Shown here: piece after piece, positions 42,163-55,082 of the stretch
How positions within the stretch are numbered: the first letter of the stretch is position 1
How the letters are laid out: each line of letters opens with the position of its first letter
Source: Haliotis cracherodii
Taxonomy: Eukaryota
Direction: 5' to 3'
DNA: 64,000 nucleotides
NCBI RefSeq assembly: GCF_022045235.1
Contig: NW_027266343.1
Location: forward strand, 13,268,001 to 13,332,000
Position numbers and translations under genes: made by a program
Notes under the pieces: generated by a model
What the model saw: the letters and a program-made list of their open reading frames with translations, nothing else
The model's database searches: none
Told to the model about the DNA's origin: nothing

Positions 42163-44096
42163 TTACCATGGAGACATCTTAAGCGGAGGCGAATCTGTTA
42201 TGAGACGTCGACTGCGCATGCTCTGTTTTTCTCCTGCTGTCCATGACTTGGACTTTACTCGGAAGTGACGTAGATGTTTGGAGTAATCCTGGTGCAGCAT
42301 GGGGACGTAATTTCTTGGAATGCACTGAGACTGAAAGTTATAAGAAAGTATTTATTATCATACGTGTGACACATTAATTCACTGATAACACAACATCCGC
42401 AAAAAGGGTAGGACAGATAACTTTAAATTTAGAATGTATATTAAAATGAATATTAAAAGGCATGCATTTAAATAAGGACATATTTACATTTGGACCCGTC
42501 AGTTTCAAACATTCGCCAACCTACATGATGTTGTTCATAGAAGGCCTTGTATCCGCCATCTAACAGGTATACTTCCGGGTAGAAGAGGAAAGGGTAACGG
42601 TCACTGTTCAGTTTCCGGTCAAGGTTTCTAAGAAGTCTCAATCTGTATCAGAAGATACATAATTGAATCATTGTTACATAAGATAAAACAAATTAAAAAA
42701 ACAACCCCTAAACAAATGTAATTATTTTGGGTAGTGCAGTAAACTTATGACCGGACGATCTTTTTCGTCGACTGTTTAAAGTGTTATACACGAGAAACAA
42801 CGTACAATGTATTAACAATAGAAACTGCATCATCAATTTTCATGTGAACAATGATCTAAACGTTTAACGTCTGAGTCCTTTACGTCAACTGCAACTGTGT
42901 TTTACGTAGGAAAGAATACTTACAGTTTCGGGCCTCTCTCTGATGAAAATTCACAATGGAAGACCAGGATGTTCCGTTGAGTGGAGTTGCTCCCCTGTAG
43001 ACTGGTCACTAAGTCTGTGATCAGAGCGTGGGTGTGAAGGTTCTCTGCACCCTGAAGTAAATAATGTAAGAATATAAGCTCAGCATAAACTCTCCGTAAA
43101 ATATTGATGTCAGTTATTTTTTGCCTGTATTATGCAAATATATTACATGAGCAAGCAAAAACATAGATTCCATTCCATTATACAAGCTTAAAGACAGCAG
43201 TATACCTCAATGTGACCACCTTCATACTCATATGGGTAACGACAGTCAATGATCCTGTAGCTGGAAATGACGTCATCGTACTCTCCTGTCAGAAGGTGAC
43301 TGACTGTGTGTGGAGTCACAGATTTGAGATCCTTGTGTTTGCCTTGTATCGTTGGGAGACTATGAACCTGAAAACATAATGGCAACTTGAAAATGTGTAT
43401 TTCCCTCTCATTCAAATAGATTAAGCAATTCAGAAGATCTATATAATCAATCTTAGAATGGAAGGACGAATCCTCAACTAACCTGTGAACCATCACCGAT
43501 GAGATCAACTTCATTTTGCATTTTATCAACTGCTGTCTTCATGACCTCTGATGTTACTTCGGCTTGGAGGTTATGGCCACAGCTGCCTGTTTTTTGTTTC
43601 TTGATCTGCCTTGCTTGAACATAATTAACTCCGTCATCACCATTGTCACGTTGTCTCTTCCCTCCGAACAGTGACTTCCTTTTTCCACGGAAACCAGCTT
43701 TCCTGTCATCCAAAGGTTGTGGGGACACCTGATGAAGAATACATTTAATTTCAATGTTGGCTAAACAATTACATGTAAAATGAATCAACAATTACATGTA
43801 AAATGAATCAACAATTACATGTAAAATGAATCACATTTTCTTTTTTTAAAATCATCTTATGCAACCATTCAACTATTCATTTAAACCGCCATTTAACTAT
43901 CGATATCTCTCTATATCCATTGCTGCGTATATATCACTATCTGCCTTAAGTATCTGTTGTCAGTTCGATTATACATAGTTCCACAAACCTCACTGTCACT
44001 GCAAAGTGACTCAAAACCACTATCACGTGAGTCTTCGTCGTCGAAGTCAAGGCTCTTTGGGATAAAGACTTCTGGTATACATTCTCTTCTTGCCAT
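42163..44096 (-). CDS. cdc25: Cdc25-type phosphatase copy 5, 309 aa, open frame
   Basis: Exons 44096-43989, 43728-43483, 43367-43206, 43051-42924, 42642-42525, 42330-42163; GT-AG retained. Confidence 0.9.
43764..43832. repeat. 23-bp tandem triplication in copy 5 intron 1
   Basis: AACAATTACATGTAAAATGAATC x3; single copy in the other genes. Confidence 0.9.
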
Positions 44097-44172
44097 TGTG
44101 GGACAGATTTCGTCCAACTATTCTAAATGTATATCTATGGTCAGGTATTTGCAAGTTATGCAGTTGCCAGGG

Positions 44173-44655
44173 GAATGATGCTGTGTCTTGCATCTGTTGT
44201 ATATATACCTGTACTAAAACAACATATTTACATAACAACGACAACACTCGTTGATCGATTCGTTGAAAACTTATATAAACATTAACACATTAGAGGAGAA
44301 CGGTTAAGAATGTGGGCTTGGTGTGAAAATGCGGGATCGCTTGTGTCCCTTGTAGGTATATGGAGCTACCCATACGAGGGTGTGAGGGGGATTATCCTGG
44401 GGTAATCACCAGGTAGGACATCAAATGTACCGTTAAACCATGTATTGATAACGCAGGGTTCAGTTCGTTGTGGTCGTCCGCTGAATGACAATTAAGGACG
44501 ATTTTCTATTTACATGGCAAACGAGATGTTTAATTAAGGCGCATATTCAGCGTGGATTCCCTACTGGTTGTGTTAAGGTGTAAAGTAAGCAGGTTTATCA
44601 AGGGCCAGTTAGAATGATCTGGATTAGCTGGAATAGATTCATGTTTGTAGAGAAT
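44173..44655 (-). promoter_or_regulatory. Core promoter and upstream module, copy 5
   Basis: TATA at 44207, Inr A at 44176 (31 nt). Confidence 0.65.
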
Positions 44656-44760
44656 GTCTTGATAGTTAGGTGTCTATTAATCTTTAAAAGGTAGCACATG
44701 GAGAAAGTTATTGCTTTTCTTTTATTTCTTCTGTGTGTGAGTTTGCGCGCGCGCACGTGC

Positions 44761-44805
<45 letters not shown>

Positions 44806-45299
44806 TGTGTGTTTTTATTCTTCTATTGCAGCTTCAGCAGAAACAAAAAATGATTTGACTTTAAGAGGTGATTACTGTGTATATGTCCAAGTATTTGCAT
44901 TTTTTTGTTTTCATAGAATATAATAGATGGAAAACGTTCAAAGCTTCACGTTATTCCGACAATTATTGCTGTAAAGTTTCTTGTTGGACGTTAGACTCAT
45001 TGTATAAGCACTATTTGATAGTGATCCAGATTTTTTAGAGATATTATATGATGATGGATATAATTTCTGTCACTTTGTTTTATTTAATTTTGGTATTCGG
45101 CTCAAAGTCATGTACAGTAGAACAAGAAAGATACAGAGAATATCACTCGAGACTCAGTCTTATAATAATGCCGTTTTTATACCACGAATGGGACACCAAG
45201 AATGGGCTTCACACATTGTACCAAAATAGGGAATCGAACCTAGGTATTCAGCATGCCGAGCAGACGACTTGATATAACACTCTTATGGCATTGAGAACA

Positions 45300-47330
45300 T
45301 TGCTGGCTGTTCCAAAAATGCACACTAAATATAATCCAAACATGGCTATTTCATATCACCCAGCAAATCAGAACACTGTCCAACACTTTATATTTGTGAT
45401 GGATGATTTACCTTTTGGCTGCGAATACGTTTTACATCAATATTCCTACACAAATTGAGGTGTTAATAATTAAATGTAGATGACCACAGCTCCAGCATTT
45501 GGTGTTTACATTTCGCAACGTTTGAGAAACAATCGAGCATGTTCCTTCTACCAAGATTTCAAAGAGCGTTACATGACTCTTGCTCAGACGTTGTTGTTTC
45601 TCCCTCTTACATCCCACATGTAACTAAAATAACCTGGAGTTTTGAACGATTCGTTGCAATGTTTCCCCAAAAGACTATACCCTTGCGATAACAAATGAGT
45701 CCAATATTAAATAATTCAACAATACTGATTCACTTTTAATGAATAACAACAATCTTTGGTGTATTTCTTGAGAAACCCACCACTTGTCTACAAAACTTGT
45801 CTTGTACATTAATGATATTTTGTGATGGATGGAAATCCCAAACTTCACCCTCGAACAATAAACTTGGAAGACATTTGACATCAAATATATGTAACAATAC
45901 CTTCGTTTGCAAATTATCAAAAGACATTTTTGATAATTTAAGGATTAAACGATACTTTCCATGCTTGAACAGCTAAGGTGTTTTGTGTAAAATACCACGA
46001 TTCTGAACACGAAAAATGGCAGCCCAGCACATTTTTGATGAAACTGTTTTCCATTCAGAAGAATGTTTCGGAACCTTTTAATCTGTCAGCCTTTCTGAAC
46101 ACAACTACCTTACTCTTATCAACATCTCCTTCTAGTCCACATTTATTGCAATACAAAATAACTTGTCTAGCCTCTTTTGTAAACTTAAAGCTGAGAGATC
46201 AAACGATACAATGTCACATAAATAACTCAATAAATTCTAAATTAATACACCTCTGGCTGCTGTCTGCATATGGACTTTCAACAATATCATTAACAACAAA
46301 GAGAAAAGGAAAAGGTGATAACTTGCACCCTAGACGTAGCCAAATAAACAATGAAAATGAAGTAGATCCATCCTTCACTGAAATACAAGCTTGAACTTTT
46401 TCATACCCGCTTTTTAATAATCTAAAGGTTTTACCTTTGGCATTTCCCATCAAACATTTGTAAGAAAGCCCCTTTACCTGTCTACAGAGTCAAAGGCCGA
46501 CTTTAAATCAATAAAGGCGCGATACAACCGCCCATTATATTTATAGGTACTTATCAATGATGGTGCTGAGAACAGAAATATTATCGTGGGTCTAAAAACC
46601 ATATTTAAACCCAGCCTGCTTCTGAATGAAAAATGTTCCCGCTTGGCCCTATGATTTCATTTATTAATAAAAACTTGGGGGAAATTTACCCGAAACTTCA
46701 AGCACGGTTATCGGTCTATAGTTTGGCGGACAGTCAAATCAACCCTTCTTAAAAGGGAAATACTAACTCAATAGGACCACTCAGGTGGATACATACCTGT
46801 AGATAAAACACTGATGAATAAAGCTTTTAGCAATTTAATGAATGAGTATGGTTTAACGCCGCTTTTAGCAATATTCCAGCACGGCGGGGGACATCATACA
46901 TGGGCTTCACACATTGTACCCATGTCGGGAATCGAACCCGATTCTTCGGCGTGACGAGCGAACGCTTTAACCACTAGGCTACCCGATCGCCCCTTTTAGC
47001 AAATTAATGCTTAAATCTAGTTCATTTTCGAAAATTTCAATTGGAATTCCACTATATTCACCAGTTTGCATATCTTGAATTTCATCAATTATATCTTGAT
47101 AACAGATTTCTTCATCCAAATCATCCAAATCAACGGAGGATTCTACGAGATTATCATTAACAATAAAGTGTTCCTCATCCGCTGATACATGCAATCCCTG
47201 AAAAAGCTGCTGAAAATGATTAATCCATACAGACGTATTGTTGTTGACAAAATTGATTTAACTGTTCTCCAAAATAACTTATTGTCTTTTGCAGAAAGCA
47301 CATTACAAAGTCGGTCTGTAAAGTTGGTCT
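45300..47330 (-). mobile_element. Same degenerate LINE fragment with nested SINE, spacer 5
   Basis: Homologous to spacer 3. Confidence 0.8.
46841..46993 (-). mobile_element. Same tRNA-derived SINE, spacer 5
   Basis: Same insertion site and TSD. Confidence 0.85.
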
Positions 47331-50325
47331 TATATAAGTTGCACGACTTGTTTTCCAATCCAGTTCGTGTAAACGCGTGGAAACCACAAAGGTTCATAAA
47401 GTTTTAAAACGTAAGCTTAAGATGAAATTTCAAATTGGAAAGGTATCTATTTCATGTAATGTAAGTACCCAAATTTGGTGCCAGGATCAATATTGTCCAG
47501 ATTAGTGGAATTTGAACATGTTTTCGATATCATTCATTTACTTCAAAGGACTGACATTGCATATATTATTGTAGCATAACAGGTTCCTATACTATGAAAT
47601 CGTTTTATATAGCAAACTTGTCTAGCAATTGATGCTATTATTTATCATGTTTCAGCAATGAATCTTTTGCCCCAAACATACAGAGAATAATTCAATATAA
47701 CACAACATGATTTTTAAGTCTCCCAACAAAGGTTGGGATGCACTTGTTACTGGAGTTACTTGTTCAGATTTGAACAAATTAGTAATATACATTTGCAATT
47801 TTTCATATTCGTGATAGCATTTTCTGGTATAGATTCTAGTTCTTTTTTGGGTTATGTCCCATCCGGGATTCAAACCCACACTTCCAGAGTGAGGCACTCA
47901 GCGTCAGCGATCTAACCCAGCCTCCAAGCCTTTCAAGAAATGACAGTCCGACAACTGGAAGTCTAAATTTAGACTTGTCAGAGGGGTTAAAAAGTACCTT
48001 GATCAAGTATCTTGACTACCAGTTGTCGGACTTTTATTTTGTGGAAGCCTCGGTGGCTGTGTGGGTAATTAAGATCGCCGAGCAAAGAAAACACTCGTTG
48101 ATTAATTCGTTACCCAATTGATCGTTCATTGTCTATATTGGTTAATGGAAGCAGTATAAACATTCACACATTAAAGGAGATCAGTTAAGTATGTGGGCTT
48201 GGTGTGAATGTGCGATCGCTTGTGTCCCCCGTAGATACGTAGCTACCTATACGAAGGTGAGAAGGTATTATCCCGAGGTAATCATCCAGGTAGAACTTCA
48301 AATGTATCAGCAGCCCATGTTTGGATAACACAGAATTCAGGTCGTTCTCGTCGTCAGTTAAATGGCAATTAAGGAAGATTTATATTTATTTTGTGAACAA
48401 GACATTGAATGCGGACTCACTTTCTGCATGTATTCCCGACCAGTTGGATTAGATTTAAGTATCACGTTAACATAAAATACGTAACACATCGTGAAATATT
48501 GTGCATTTCTTATTGGTTTCTTGTCCACTGTTCCATTGTTTGAACATGCATTAACACTTCACTTGCTGACTGAAACACACAAGCGTCATTAGAAAATTCT
48601 GCTGGCCAAATGTACGATTCCGACTATATCACAAGCATGTGTTTATGAATAACTATCATGGTGATGATACCAGGTGTTCGCGAAAAGGTGGGCGTATCCT
48701 GCCCCACAGGTGTCACCGTCACAAACACTTCACTGGTTCAGTGGCCTAAATTCCGTTTTCCGATACATGTAAGAATATTCACGTTTGATATAAACGACGT
48801 TAATTGGCTATTCAATGAAGTCAATCAATGTTCAGTTTACAGCTTTATATATTCAGATTACAGATCTGGTGCTTTGGCTGACAGTTCTTCACGGCATAAA
48901 CATTCATGCATTCTGAAACATAACGAGGGATGTATTTCACGTCAGTCTGTAACCTCGAAACAGATGTTTAATGCTTTAACCACGTGCACAGCATTACCGT
49001 GGAGTCTTGACACTCAAATGACAAGCGATTTCTCTCAGTGAGATATGAATGCTACACCAGTCCATGGATATCCTAATACTTTGGAACCAAACGGGAGATT
49101 GGGCAAATGAGATAATAACTTCATTGTTCAATGGTGTAGCAAATACCTCCGAATATGACCACACTGCCATTTTATATGGATTTGTACTTTTCAAAACCCA
49201 ATAAGATTTATAGTAAATATCCGTATAAATGATTTATATATCTTTAACACATGAATATTACTTTCTACAATGTGTATGTTCTTTATAAGCATTGTAACTG
49301 AATGATACTAGAACCACGTGACTGTCTCAGAAGAGTTTTGCATCCTCCCCCACCCATCAGTCTTGTCCAGCTCTGAGATTTTGAAGATAAATAAATAAAA
49401 CTAAATGGTCTGCCATAACATCCTTTAGATCCAGACACATTATGACACATTCTTATTTTATTTTCACTTCAGTTTGCTAAACTGAAAATATATATACTGC
49501 CAATAATACACATTGTATTCCATATTCTTCCCTTTTTATAATATAACAATTAATAATTCTAATTATGCTCCTGTTATTTTTCTTCATGGTCTCGTAATCT
49601 TACTTTATTCGTTGCTTATCTAATACATAAATTACGGATCACTCAGATAAAAATCAAAATCTATTGTATATGTCCGGATGTCAGCTTAATGTGGGGTAAA
49701 ATCCCAATAGGCGTTGGTGATGTATATTTTAATCACTTACTTTGGTGAAAGTCACGATGACGACTGGGACATAAGTGTATATGGAGTGGATACAGCTTGG
49801 TGTATAGTGTACAGACATCGAAATGTAACGAAGATATAGTAATCATGGACCACTTGCACAGAACGAGCTTAGCGCCTTTGTAACTTCCAGACTTCCATAC
49901 TCTTACACATACTTACACTAGTGTTTCAGCGCGAACGTCGACTTGTGCAAGTGGCTCTTGGACTTCAGCAGATTCACGGCACATTCGACCAAATATATTG
50001 AAATTGTAATAGAACTAGACAAACAACAAAGACATACCATCGATTAAAAAGAACGTCTGTGATCTGACGTGTGAGAGTGAGGGAAGTGAGGACACTAAAC
50101 CAGCTGAAGATCAGTATTTATTCATATCATACAAAGAAACAGTCGATAACAAGAAGGTATCACAGTGTGGTTGACAAAACAGGTCAACGTATGTATGAAA
50201 TATTCCGTGATTACCTCAACATTCAGGCACCAACATAATCAACAGCGGCAATAAACAACAAATCTCTGAAATCCATCACTCGGACACCAGGTGACATATC
50301 ACATTTCAGCAATTCATATTCCAGA

Positions 50326-52461
50326 TTACCATGGAGACATCTTAAACGGAGATGAATCTATTATGAGACGTCGACTGCGCATGCTCTGTTTTTCTCCAGC
50401 TGTCCATGACTTGGACTTTACTCGGAAGTGACGTAGTTGTTTAGAGTAATCCTGGCGCAGCATTGGGACGTAGTTTCTTGGATTGCACTGAGACTGAAAG
50501 TTATAAGAAAGTACTTATTACCATACGTGTGACACATTAATTCACTGATAAAACAACATCCGCAAAAAGGGTAGGACGGATAACTTCAAATCTAGAATGT
50601 ATATTAAAATAAATATTAAAAGGCATGCATTTAAATAAAGACACATTTACATTTTCCTACAAGAAGTCCCGTCAGTTTCAAACATTCGCCAACCTACCTG
50701 ATGTTGTTCATAGAACTTTTTGTATCCGCCATCTAACAGGTATACTTCCGGGTAGAAGAGGAAAGGGTAACGGTCACTGTTCAGCTTCCGGTCAAGGTTT
50801 CTGAGAAGTCTCAATCTGTATCAGGAGATATATAATTGAAAATCTATGTTACATAAGATAAAACAAATGTAATTATTTTGGGTAGTGCAGTAAACTTATT
50901 ACCGGATTGTCTTTTACGTCGACTGTTTCAAGTGCTATACGCAAGAAACAACATACAATGTATTAACAATAGAAACCGAAACAATAGAAAATTTTCATGT
51001 GAACAATGCTAACTTTTGAGTCTTTTACGTCAAATGCAACTTTGTTGTATGTAAGAAAAAAATACTTACAGCTTCGGGCCTCTCTCTGATGAAAATTCAC
51101 AGTGGAAGACCAGGATGTTCCGTTGAGTGGAGTCCCTTCTCTGTACACTGGTCACTAAGTCTGTGATCAGAGCGTGGGTGTGAAGGTTTTCGGCACCCTG
51201 AAGTAAATGATGTAAAAAATATATGCTTAGCAACATATTGATGTCAGTTATTCCTTTAAGTATTAAGCAAAGATATTACATGAACAAACACACATGGATT
51301 ACAATCTTTTATAAAAGTTTAAAGACATACCTCAATGTGACCACCTTCATACTCATATGGGTAACGACAGTCAATGATCCTGTAGCTGGAAATGACGTCA
51401 TCGTACTGTCCTGCTAGAAGCTGACTGATTGTGTGTGGAGTCACAGATTTGAGATCCTTGTGTCTGCCTTGTGTAGTTGGGAGACTATGAACCTGAAAAC
51501 ATAATGGCAACTTGAAAATGTGTATTTCCCTCTCATTCTTATAGATTAATCAATTCACAAGATCTTTTAAATCGATATTAGAATGGAAGAATGAATCCTC
51601 AACTAACCTGTGAACCATCACCGATGAGATCAACCTCATTTTGCATTTTGTCGACGGCTGTCTTCATGACCTCTGATGTTACTTCGGCTTGGAGGTTTTG
51701 ACCACAGCTGGCTGTTTTTTGTTTCTTGGTCAGCCTCGCTTGAACATAATCTCCGTCATCACCATTGTCACGTTGTCTCTTCCCTCCGAACAGTGACTTC
51801 CTTGTTCCATGCAAACCATTTCTCCTGTGATCTAAAGGTTGTGGGGACACCTGATGATGAAACACATTGAATTTAGAGTGTTAAATTTTCAAAATGTCAA
51901 TCCGATTTTTATGTCTGAAAATTTTCCAGGCATTTTTTCCATACAAAGGTACTATATATTATTCATCAAATCTCGCTGTCTCTGCAGAGAGACTCAAAGA
52001 ATGAATCAGTTTTCTTTTTTCTATTTCATCCATTTAACTATTATTTTTTGTGTCTCATTATTTATCCATTTATCCATTGCTGCATACTCATGATCATATG
52101 TATAAGAGGTGACTAACGGGATCGGGTGGTCAGACTCGCTGACTTGATTGATGCATGACACCGTACCCCAGAAGCATGGATCGATGCTCATGATGTCAAT
52201 CACTGAATTGTCTGGTCCAGACTCGATTATTTACAGACCGCCGCCAGATAGCTGGAATATTATTGCTGAGTGCGGCGTTAAACAACAAACAAACAAGCAT
52301 TATGCATATAAGACATTGTCTGTTGTATTGTGAATGATTCAACAAACCTCACAGTCACTGCAAAGTGACTCAACGCCACTGTCACGTGAGTCTTCGTCGT
52401 AGAAAACGAGACCCGTAGGGATAAAGACTTCTGGGAAAACTTGGCATTCTCTTCTTGGCAT
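50326..52461 (-). CDS. cdc25: Cdc25-type phosphatase copy 6, 310 aa, intact
   Basis: Exons 52461-52348, 51850-51608, 51492-51331, 51197-51070, 50815-50698, 50493-50326. Degron reads DSGVES; intron 1 is enlarged by a SINE. Confidence 0.92.
52100..52296 (+). mobile_element. 5'-truncated SINE-like retroposon in copy 6 intron 1
   Basis: Homologous to 56481-56724; (AAAC)n tail; absent from the same intron in the other copies. Confidence 0.8.
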
Positions 52462-52539
52462 TGTATTTTTATAAATTCTTCGGAATGTTAAGAAAGTATA
52501 TCTGTAATCATGTATTTGCAAGTTAGTCAGTTGCCAGGA

Positions 52540-53030
52540 GAATGACGCTGTGTCTTGCTTCTGTGGTATATATACCTGAACTAAAACAACATATCTACAT
52601 AACAAAGACAACACTCGTTGGTCGATTCGTTACCCAATTGATTGCACTTACTTTATACTATTTAATGAAAACATTAACACATTGGAAGAGATCGGTTAAG
52701 GATGTGGGCTTGGTGTGACTGTACAATAGCTTGTGATCCCCGTTTGATTTGGAGCTACCTGTGCGAAGGTGTTTGGGGGATTATCCGACGTAATCACCAG
52801 GTACGACATCAAATGTACCGGTACCCCAACTGGTATAACCTAGCGTTCAGTTTCTTCTGGACGTCAGCTCAAAGCAGTTAAGGACGATTTGTATTTACTT
52901 AGCAAATGTTTAATTGGGGCGCACTTTCTGCATTAATTCCTGAACAAGCTGGATTAAGGCGTAACAGGCTTTAATCAACGGGTATCTTGGATGATCTGGA
53001 TTAGCTGGATTAGAACCATGCTTGAAAGAG
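52540..53030 (-). promoter_or_regulatory. Core promoter and upstream module, copy 6
   Basis: TATA at 52574, Inr A at 52543; four GGATTA motifs in the block. Confidence 0.65.
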
Positions 53031-54489
53031 CGTGCTTTGATAGTTGGTGGACGTTAAGATAAATATGCACAAATGGTGAAATACACTGTATTTCGTATCA
53101 GTGTCATATCTTATTGTAAGTCTTGACGATACACTAACAATTCTTGTATTTACTAAATGATCAACACATATATGCAAATGAAGGCGACAAAACCCTTTTT
53201 TTTCATAAGATATCTCGAGTCGATTGTACGATTCCGACTATATCATGAGTATGTGTTATGAGTTATCCAGATCATGAATATGTGTTATGAGTAATCCAGA
53301 TCATCATAATCGAATAGTTGTGATACCAGGTGCTCGTGAAAAGGTAAGTTTATCCTGCTACCAATGACACCCGTAACAATCGAATCTTAAATATAAAACG
53401 TCAACCTCAAAGACTTCTGAATAACCACCTGATGGCATCACTGATTGTCAGTGATCCCTTGATATAATTTTCACGGCTATTTTGCCTTTTACACCCAATG
53501 GAATCTGCTTCGTCATATAATCGAGATGGGGATATGTAAATACACGCATTTGTGTATGCAGTGTCCTGTTTGTTAAGTGTTTGTTAAACCACGTGTAGTA
53601 ATCTAAAATAGAAATCACTTGCATTAATTTAAGAAGCTGATCAAATCGTGCCTGTCCTAATAGATCCCAAGAACAATACACACTTTCTCTTTTTCTCTGA
53701 TTGAGGTTTCAAATCACAATAACAGCATCTGATTGAAACCCAATCATCATCAACGAGAAGGTTCATATTTCTAGGAAGGTCTTCCTTTCCCCGTCATTGA
53801 CGGGGAACAGTGTATATTATGGAGGTTACGAAAAGTTGACAGACGGTTCCTGGACTAATCAGAGTCTAAATGGAAGGCCATTTTGGACACGAAATACCAT
53901 GAAAATCGACATAGGGAGAGTATATAGTCGGCCTTTTCCCTGGCAACCCTTTGCAAAAGTAGAATATTGTGACGTGATTATAGTGACGTGCTTGAAACCT
54001 AAACCTTGCTTTGACGTCATTATCTCAAGGAGTGTCCATTGCATAACGATAACGTTGTTTGGGTAGGGAATCCACTATATATAGACAGTGATCGGTGATT
54101 CCTTAATATAAATAAGCAGCCTACCCATAACGTTTGATTTACAGTTAAGTTTTTAATAATAGAATAGTGATCAAGATTCTGTGTTTTCAATGTAGATCAG
54201 TAACCTGTACGTTGTGACGGGATTTTAAAATCGAATGCACAGTTAAAATAGACATTTCAAACATTACACTGCGTGTTCAATTTATAATAAACTTAGTACG
54301 TATACCGTCAACAAAAGTATAAACTGAAAAAAACCCCACAGTATATCCATATCGTATTACTGGTTAATCCGGTAGAGCAGGACATGACTCCCTCTTTCGG
54401 AGTACCTGGTTACACACAATATTTTACATTCCAATAAATAACTTCAAGTACCTTGTTTATGTCAATGTCCATATGACGATTAACACGCT

Positions 54490-55003
54490 TTCAACAGGCA
54501 CATAATCCATCTAATCCAGATCATCCTAACTGTCCTCTGACAAAGCTTTCTTATTTAACACATTAACCTAGCTAGATTGGAATCTACACAGAAAGTGCTC
54601 CAGCTTTAATATCGCGTTCGCGAAGTTACAACAAATCAAACTGGCCTTAATTGTCATTCAACTGACGACCAGAACGACCTGCGTCCTACGTTATTCAAAC
54701 ATTGCCTACCGGTACATTTGAAGTTCTTCGTGGATGATTATAATTGCCCCAGGATAATCCCTTTTCACCGTACAGGTAGCTGCGTATCTACGGGGACACA
54801 AGCGATCGCACATTCACACCAAGCCCACATACTTAACCGATCTCCTTTAATGTGTGAATGTTTATACTGCTTCCATTAACCAATATATACAATGTACGAT
54901 CAATCTGGTAAAGAATCGATCAACGAGTGTTGTCTTTGTTATGTTAATATGTTGTTTTAGTGAAGGTATATAGATATGAGAGAGGACAGACATAGCACCA
55001 TTC
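54490..55003 (+). promoter_or_regulatory. Upstream module and core promoter, copy 7
   Basis: Inverted homolog of the block; TATATAGA at 54967, CCATTC with its A at 55000; three TAATCC motifs. Confidence 0.6.
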
Positions 55004-55082
55004 GCTTGACAGCTGTCTAAATAGCAAACACAGGATACTAGATACATTTTCTCATCCCTGTTGAAATCATTTGTTCACGACA

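Noticed and set aside
6442-52461. Array as a pure assembly artefact
   Set aside because: Units differ by many substitutions, private indels and TE insertions with visible empty sites; the exact copy number still needs read support.
54662-54730. CTGACGA as a hammerhead ribozyme core in the upstream module
   Set aside because: No stem II followed by GAAA; copies 1-5 read CGGACGA.
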